From: a virus
Virus record (IMG/VR): IMGVR_UViG_3300037041_002705
Span: 32,001-96,000 of that record
Length of the DNA stretch: 64,000 nt
Reading direction: 5' to 3' (one strand)
The notes below the pieces were generated by a model that ran no database searches, was not told where the DNA came from, and was given only the letters and a program-made list of their open reading frames with translations. Shown here in pieces: positions 58,345 through 64,000 of the stretch (position 1 is the first letter of the stretch; the number at the start of each line of letters is the position of its first letter). Both the position numbers and the translations under genes were made by a program.

Positions 58345-60005
58345 GCAGTGGCCTTTTCAGTGTAGGACGTTTGGACAGGAAGTTCATCTATGAATCTTCC
58401 GGAAATCCCAATGAAAGGAAACTAAAGTACAACGATCCATCGTTTGTGACCTTTAGGATACTCTTTGACTTTGATCCCATAGTATCAAATGATGAGGTCA
58501 TGCAAGGCCTTCTCCTTAATGAATCCAGGGATGAAAGCGCTGTTAGCTATCTCAGAAGGATGGGAGAACAGGAAAGAGCCCAGGCATTGAAGGAGTTTAC
58601 ATGGCTCCTTGAAAGAATAACAAATGACTTCCCTTGGTTCTTCAAAACCATATCAGGTATTGATGGCCTCTGGAAATGGGGGTTCATGAATGCTGATGGA
58701 ACTTCCACACAATCAGCACCGGTTGATCTAAGTGTCAGTTGTTACGAGACCGTTGATCTTAGGATGACTGCACTTGCTGACCTTTACAGAAAGGCAACAA
58801 GGGATAGAAGGTACTTCAGAGACCTTTTGACTCTTGATAAGAAGAGGTTCAACATGACGGTTCTTGTCGGAGAGGCAAGAAACCTGAGGACCTTTGTTGA
58901 ATCAAACACAACAGAATGGCTGAACCACGTTTCAACTGTTGCATTTAGGTGCCTTGATTGTGAGTTTGATTTCTCTGGAATTGCTCCTGCCTCATTGGAC
59001 GCATCTGAAGCACCGTCTCAGCTTACACCATCGTTTGGCATAAAGGTCCATAGGGTCCAGGAAACAAATTCATACCTTCTCTTGGATTACATGTTAGGTG
59101 AGATAAAGAGAGACCTCGTCATAAAGCAGGGAGGAAGTGGAGCTGAAGTAAACCAGGACACTGACATAACGAACTACAGGTCTCTGCTTGCACCTTTTGT
59201 GAGGTCGTATGAAGGAAACTACAACCAGGTCCTGTTGGACTTAGGAAGGAATGTATCGCAGAACTTCCTAAACCAGCTTACATTCACAACAGGAGACAGG
59301 CGTTCGTCTCTTACATACCCAGACCTTGATAGGCTAAATAAGCAACAGTTGGATGGCATAACAAAGGAGGCAGAGCTTTCTGCTCTTGCATCATCACTTT
59401 TAAGAACATCCATACAGACAGCAAACATCACAGAAAATATATCGCTCATAGATTTTGGTCGTCCGACTGTTAACACAGACATACCAGAATCGGTAGATCT
59501 TTCTCCACCAAATGTGGCAGAGGATGGAACAAAAATAGGAGATGAAGTGGCAAACCAAATAGATTTTAGAAGACCAAAGGTAGAGACAGAACTATCAGAT
59601 TTCTCACTGACAAAACCAGGTGTCGCAACAGAATTGGATCAAAATGTTGGACTTGTAAAACCTACTGTTCAGAAAGAACTATCTGATGCAGTGAATCTTA
59701 CAAGCCCTACAGTAAACACCGATCAGGGAAGTGGAATAGATCTTAGGGCGCCAGTGGTTCAAAGCGATCTGGACAACAATGTTGGATTCATACAACCTAC
59801 CGTTACAACTTCATTGGACCAAAATGTCCAGTTTGAAAGGCCTACTGTTGAAACCACGATAGATCAAACCCTTTCGTTTGGAAGGCCGACTGTTGCAACA
59901 AGCGTTGACAACAACATAGCATTTGTAAAACCGACAGTGCTTGGCGACATGCCAGACAGCATAGCATTTGAAAAACCAAAGGTAGAAGATGACTTTGGAT
60001 CTTAA
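58341..60005 (+). CDS. Tail-tube-fold-like baseplate protein with C-terminal 15-aa repeats
   Basis: PWFFKTISG, CYETVDLRMTALADLYRKA; repetitive C-terminus. Confidence 0.5.
   Translation: MSSGLFSVGRLDRKFIYESSGNPNERKLKYNDPSFVTFRILFDFDPIVSNDEVMQGLLLNESRDESAVSYLRRMGEQERAQALKEFTWLLERITNDFPWFFKTISGIDGLWKWGFMNADGTSTQSAPVDLSVSCYETVDLRMTALADLYRKATRDRRYFRDLLTLDKKRFNMTVLVGEARNLRTFVESNTTEWLNHVSTVAFRCLDCEFDFSGIAPASLDASEAPSQLTPSFGIKVHRVQETNSYLLLDYMLGEIKRDLVIKQGGSGAEVNQDTDITNYRSLLAPFVRSYEGNYNQVLLDLGRNVSQNFLNQLTFTTGDRRSSLTYPDLDRLNKQQLDGITKEAELSALASSLLRTSIQTANITENISLIDFGRPTVNTDIPESVDLSPPNVAEDGTKIGDEVANQIDFRRPKVETELSDFSLTKPGVATELDQNVGLVKPTVQKELSDAVNLTSPTVNTDQGSGIDLRAPVVQSDLDNNVGFIQPTVTTSLDQNVQFERPTVETTIDQTLSFGRPTVATSVDNNIAFVKPTVLGDMPDSIAFEKPKVEDDFGS
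59451..60002 (+). repeat. ~15-residue protein repeat (F/L-x-x-P-T-V-x-T-x-L-D-x-x-V), about 12 copies
   Basis: GFIQPTVTTSLDQNV/QFERPTVETTIDQTL/SFGRPTVATSVDNNI/AFVKPTVLGDMPDSI. Confidence 0.85.
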
Positions 60006-60717
60006 GAAGGACTACATTGGGTTTGTCGTGGACTCAAATGATCCTGAGCGCCTTGGCAGGTGTAAAATCAGGGTCCTTGGAGTGTATGATAACATAACCG
60101 ATGCAGATCTTCCATGGGCGTTCTACCAGGGAAGCAATGTCTTTGCTGGAGGTGAGAGCCTAGGAGGGGGAAACATATCAATCCCGAAGCTTGGTACTGC
60201 AGTAAAGGTTGTCTTCATGAACGAAGACATACACAACCCGATATGGTGTTCAATCGTGCACCTCAATGACAAACTCAGAAGAGAGTTGGCAGAGAGCTAT
60301 GCAGATTCACACGTCATAGTATACGATGAGGACCAAGACCTTAAGGTGTGGTTCACACCATCGAATGGCATGCAGGTCTACTACAAGGACAGCAGCATAT
60401 CAATAAATCCTGATCAGTCAATCCTCATAGACCATAAGGAGAGCCAATCAAACATTGAATTGAAGGCAGGTCAGATAACGGTGAACGCAAGGAGCAAGGT
60501 TGAAGTCAACTCTCCAAACGTCCATGTCAACGGTGGCCTTACCGAGCTAGGCACATCTCCACAGTTCTCTGTTCTGTTAGGCGAGGTCCTTCTGGCTGCA
60601 TTGGACACGCTTGCAGCAACAGTGGATCTAAAATGGCCACCATCTCCTGGCGTTGCAACCGCAACCATGCAACAGGCAAGATCTGCTCTTTCAAAGACAG
60701 TCAAAACAACTGCATGA
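59989..60717 (+). CDS. Baseplate central spike (gp5/gpV-like, OB fold, no lysozyme domain)
   Basis: GFVVDSNDPERLGRCKIRV..LPWA..IPKLGTAVKVVF. Confidence 0.85.
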   Translation: MTLDLKKDYIGFVVDSNDPERLGRCKIRVLGVYDNITDADLPWAFYQGSNVFAGGESLGGGNISIPKLGTAVKVVFMNEDIHNPIWCSIVHLNDKLRRELAESYADSHVIVYDEDQDLKVWFTPSNGMQVYYKDSSISINPDQSILIDHKESQSNIELKAGQITVNARSKVEVNSPNVHVNGGLTELGTSPQFSVLLGEVLLAALDTLAATVDLKWPPSPGVATATMQQARSALSKTVKTTA

Positions 60718-60728
60718 GGTGAACACCT

Positions 60729-63431
60729 GTGATAAACTTTAACCAAATAACACAATGGTTCAATTCCATATTCAGGCTTACAGGTCAAGTTCAACCCATC
60801 ATCGACCAGATTAAAAAGGGAACGAAGACAAAGACCCTTGATGGCATTCAATTCATAGATTTTGAAGAGCCTTCTCTATCAAACATACAACAGCTTAACA
60901 AAATACTCAGAGACAACGGTCTTGAAGAGATAGATGAAGAACTGCTAACGCCATCGCTTCTCAACATAGAAGAGGTCCTACAGAGGATGCAAAAGGAGTT
61001 CACAGAAGAGGAACTTGCAAAGGCAGTAGAAGAACCAATAATCATTGAACAGACTCCTGATTTTAGGCCAATAGAGATAGACCTTGCAGATGTTTGTGCG
61101 CCTTCACAGACAGAGGAGACACCAGAATTCAGTGAAAAGGAACTATTGGATGCAGCGTGCGAAGTCCTGCCTCCTGTTCCTGATGCAGTAACCGAAATCA
61201 AACAGGTCCCAACCAACCAGCCAAAAGAAAATCTACAGCTTGACGATGCTAAGCTTCCAACGCCATCAGATGATCTATTTGATCAGCTTGTGCAGGAGGC
61301 AAGGAACACAACAGAGTCAGACATATTCCCAAAGAATGGGCCAGACTGCATAAAAAAGATGCAGGAGGTTGCAAAGAGCGTCCAGGAGAAGGTCAACAGG
61401 TATGCGGATGTAAAGAACAAGATACAGGAGATACAGCTTGACTATTACTACGAGAGCATAGCAAATTCATACTACCAATCATTCCTTGATGGATACGGAG
61501 AGGTTAATAGGCTTAAAGAGGAGCTGGGCAACATTTCTGGTTTAACGGATGAGAAATCCAGAGCCAGGGCAAATGAAATACAGAAGAAGCTTCTTTCAGT
61601 ATCAAAGGACTATGATTTTGCATCAGATAAATCTGATGTTCAAAAGAAGATGGAAGAGATCATTTGGTCCTTTAGCAACCAGTTTGACATAGAGATAGAT
61701 AGCGGGTTTCTTGGGCTCTTTGAGTCATCGCCTTTGGTAAAGATAAACAAGGACAAAACGCCCCTGTCTGGAAAGATAAAGGACATACCAGATGAGCTCA
61801 TACGATACCTTGACTCCGTACAGAAAGAGAACTCTGATTCTGCAGAGAAGATAACAACACAGGCAAAGAAGACAGAAAAGGACCTCGATGAAGCGTTTCT
61901 TAACACTGTTGCATCTGTGAAGTACTACTCATTTGCTTTTGGCCTCAATCAGTTCATCGAGAACGAATCGATAGAACAAGACTTCAAGGATGAAGCAGAG
62001 GTGCACAAGAAGGCAGAGGAGGAACTTTCAAAGAAGTATCTTGATCTAAAGGAACAGGAGAGAAAGACACAGGAAGAAATAGACAACATAAACAAGCAGG
62101 TCTCATCTGATCTTGCAAACATGAACTGTAAGTCCAAGGAGGTTCCAGCAAAGGTCGAGGCAGGCAAGGACCTAAACTTCAAGAATGTCAGCAAGAACCC
62201 AACCATATTCGATTATGCATGGTGGCTGAAGTTTTCAGGCCTTGCGACCCTTGTTAACCTGGTTCCTGTGCACTGGCCGGTCGGTCTGCTTATACCAACT
62301 CCTACTGGACTAATAAAGATCCCATTTCCTATAATATGGTTTCCGATATTTGTTGCACCAACAGACAAATTGATAGCTGTCCTGTTCATAGGACAGTGCG
62401 GCGTTCTTCCATGCCCATACCTCTTCTTACAACACTTTCTTCCTATTCCAATAGGACCTTTTCAGTCCAACAATCCATACTTTGCAGCAGCAATAGGAGG
62501 CCCTGTAAACATCAGCAACCATGAACCTCTTCCACCAAACTCTCTTCCAAAGTTTGATCTGGTGTTTGCCGCACTGAATTCCATACTTGATGGCTTTAGA
62601 AACGGTGTTACTGTTGACTTTAACGCCCTTGTCACAGAGGTACAGAACCAGCTTGAAGATGTACAAAATTCTGCACAGCGGTATCTAGCACTTTCACAGA
62701 AAGACATAAACTCAATAATACAGAATGCAAAGAACCAGGCAACGCAGGCAGTAACATCTGCAAAACAGACAGCTGAGGCTGCAATAAAGCAGGCACAGGA
62801 AGAAGGCCAACGCATGATAGAGGCAGCAAAACAGAGGTACCAAGACGCAAATGCACTTGCCGAAGCAACACTAACAATAACGAGGGGCGTGCAAGAGAAT
62901 ATAAATGCCGCAGCCAAAATGATAGAGGACGCAAGAAGGCTTGCGGCAGATATAACATTCAACGCAGATGCACAAGCAGAAGCACTGAGGAGGGCCGCAG
63001 AAGATACTGTAAAGGGGATAATACAGAATGGAAAACAGCTGTATGAACAGAAGCTTCAAGAGATAGAACAGTTAGAGCAACAATACGATGAAACAGTAAA
63101 AACTCTGAGAGAATTGATTGATAAAATAAGTGTCCCAACAATAGACCTTGGAGCGATAAACCTATCGGTTCTTTTATCCTCGTACACTCTTGCTTTGGGA
63201 TCTTTGAAAGCATTGGCAGCAGACCTTTCTCCAAAGGCAATCCAATTTGGATTTCCAACGGAGATAAGTCCGCAGTTTGCTGCTTCTCTTCCGATATTTC
63301 AGGATGAACTTCCTCCATGGGAGAGACTTTCACTCCTGAACATACCCCTTCTCTTCTTCCTTTGGAAGTGGTGTAAGTCTGGAAAGTTTGTAGGTGGGTT
63401 TCTTCCTGAGAGCATATTTGGTCCTATTTAA
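60729..63431 (+). CDS. Large coiled-coil protein with Pro-rich hydrophobic segments
   Basis: 900 aa ORF after the spike; WPVGLLIPTPTGLIKIPFPIIWFP; Ala/Gln-rich helical repeats. Confidence 0.6.
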   Translation: MINFNQITQWFNSIFRLTGQVQPIIDQIKKGTKTKTLDGIQFIDFEEPSLSNIQQLNKILRDNGLEEIDEELLTPSLLNIEEVLQRMQKEFTEEELAKAVEEPIIIEQTPDFRPIEIDLADVCAPSQTEETPEFSEKELLDAACEVLPPVPDAVTEIKQVPTNQPKENLQLDDAKLPTPSDDLFDQLVQEARNTTESDIFPKNGPDCIKKMQEVAKSVQEKVNRYADVKNKIQEIQLDYYYESIANSYYQSFLDGYGEVNRLKEELGNISGLTDEKSRARANEIQKKLLSVSKDYDFASDKSDVQKKMEEIIWSFSNQFDIEIDSGFLGLFESSPLVKINKDKTPLSGKIKDIPDELIRYLDSVQKENSDSAEKITTQAKKTEKDLDEAFLNTVASVKYYSFAFGLNQFIENESIEQDFKDEAEVHKKAEEELSKKYLDLKEQERKTQEEIDNINKQVSSDLANMNCKSKEVPAKVEAGKDLNFKNVSKNPTIFDYAWWLKFSGLATLVNLVPVHWPVGLLIPTPTGLIKIPFPIIWFPIFVAPTDKLIAVLFIGQCGVLPCPYLFLQHFLPIPIGPFQSNNPYFAAAIGGPVNISNHEPLPPNSLPKFDLVFAALNSILDGFRNGVTVDFNALVTEVQNQLEDVQNSAQRYLALSQKDINSIIQNAKNQATQAVTSAKQTAEAAIKQAQEEGQRMIEAAKQRYQDANALAEATLTITRGVQENINAAAKMIEDARRLAADITFNADAQAEALRRAAEDTVKGIIQNGKQLYEQKLQEIEQLEQQYDETVKTLRELIDKISVPTIDLGAINLSVLLSSYTLALGSLKALAADLSPKAIQFGFPTEISPQFAASLPIFQDELPPWERLSLLNIPLLFFLWKWCKSGKFVGGFLPESIFGPI

Positions 63432-63451
63432 CAGATGGCAATAAAAACGAC

Positions 63452-63460
63452 GATATATAG
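63452..63460 (+). promoter_or_regulatory. Putative late promoter GATATATAG
   Basis: Intergenic, upstream of S1-like gene. Confidence 0.6.
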
Positions 63461-63494
63461 CAATATTTGATCAACCTTTAATTATGAGGATTTC

Positions 63495-64000
63495 ATGATT
63501 TTTAATTCAAGAGTCTTTTCGATCTACGAGAATTTTCAACATCCTGTCGATGATGCGACATATTTTGACATGGTGTCAAAAAATTCTAGCGAAGATGTAC
63601 ATAAGACCGTTTCTGCGGGCCAAGTTTTCCAAGTAAACACCGCAACGCTTCTTTCTGATAACATGCTCATCGTCTCTGGGCCTTTCTCTCCTTCGATAAT
63701 GGTGAAGATGAGCAAGGAAAAGGATTTTCTAAAGAGCGTTTCAATGACCGCAGAGGAGCTTATAGGGTCAATATCGGAAAACAATTCATATCACGTCAAG
63801 ATCGTATCAACAGAGTCTGGTCTTAGAGGAAGCTTCTATGAGGCACAGAAGGACGTCCTTCGTAAGGAGTTCTTTGAACAGCTGAGAAATCCTTCAAAGG
63901 TCTATGATGCAAAGATCATGGAGAAGAACAGAGGTGGATACTTTGTCAACGTCTATGGCGTCGATGCATTCCTACCTGGATCGCTTGCAAGTGCAAACAA
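63495..64000 (+). CDS. Ribosomal protein S1-like RNA-binding protein (3'-truncated; absent from the ORF track)
   Basis: Manual translation: MIFNSRVF...KVYDAKIMEKNRGGYFVNVYGVDAFLPGSLASAN; GAGGA before ATG; open to window end. Confidence 0.8.
   Translation, partial: MIFNSRVFSIYENFQHPVDDATYFDMVSKNSSEDVHKTVSAGQVFQVNTATLLSDNMLIVSGPFSPSIMVKMSKEKDFLKSVSMTAEELIGSISENNSYHVKIVSTESGLRGSFYEAQKDVLRKEFFEQLRNPSKVYDAKIMEKNRGGYFVNVYGVDAFLPGSLASAN

Larger units (their letters stand above)
1..64000 (+). mobile_element. Segment of a T4-like jumbo myophage genome
   Basis: TerL, gp23-like capsid, gp21-like protease, sheath, tube, neck and baseplate genes; dense one-strand coding; no host housekeeping operons. 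Confidence 0.95.

Noticed and set aside
63536-63784. Minus-strand 82-aa ORF in the track
   Set aside because: Antisense shadow of the S1-like gene
1-64000. Stop-codon reassignment
   Set aside because: Core genes are full length in the standard code, and TAA, TAG and TGA all end genes at sensible positions
1-64000. tRNA, rRNA or structured ncRNA genes
   Set aside because: Intergenic gaps are short and explained by terminators and promoters; no cloverleaf signatures recognised

Overview
A 64-kb segment of a large T4-like (jumbo) myophage genome, almost entirely on the + strand. It carries head genes (prohead protease fused to a scaffold-like repeat, major capsid protein), terminase, neck, a very long tail sheath, tail tube, a dispersed baseplate set (gp25/26/27/53/5-like) and a tandem family of tail-fibre paralogs with collagen repeats. 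Lysis and nucleotide genes include a holin, a GH19 endolysin, a GH24 lysozyme, dCMP deaminase and guanylate kinase. There is also an ECF-like sigma factor, four glycosyltransferase-like genes and a ribosomal-protein-S1-like gene truncated at the right edge. A T9SS-sorted surface protein at the left edge points to an FCB-group host. The best candidate for a new system is the operon at 45424-48094: an MBD4-like glycosylase, a DUF6378 protein, a protein that appears to fuse the T4 beta-glucosyltransferase acceptor domain to an SGNH acyltransferase-type domain, and a dCMP-type thymidylate-synthase homolog. I interpret it as a possible undescribed cytosine hypermodification pathway (O-acylation of hmC). 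Other signals are a recurring RATATATA late-promoter motif (sometimes only 4-5 nt before the ATG), a candidate +1 frameshift in the tail-chaperone position, and T4 capsid-targeting-like motifs in small proteins. All homology calls come from motif recognition by eye or from memory; no database searches were run.
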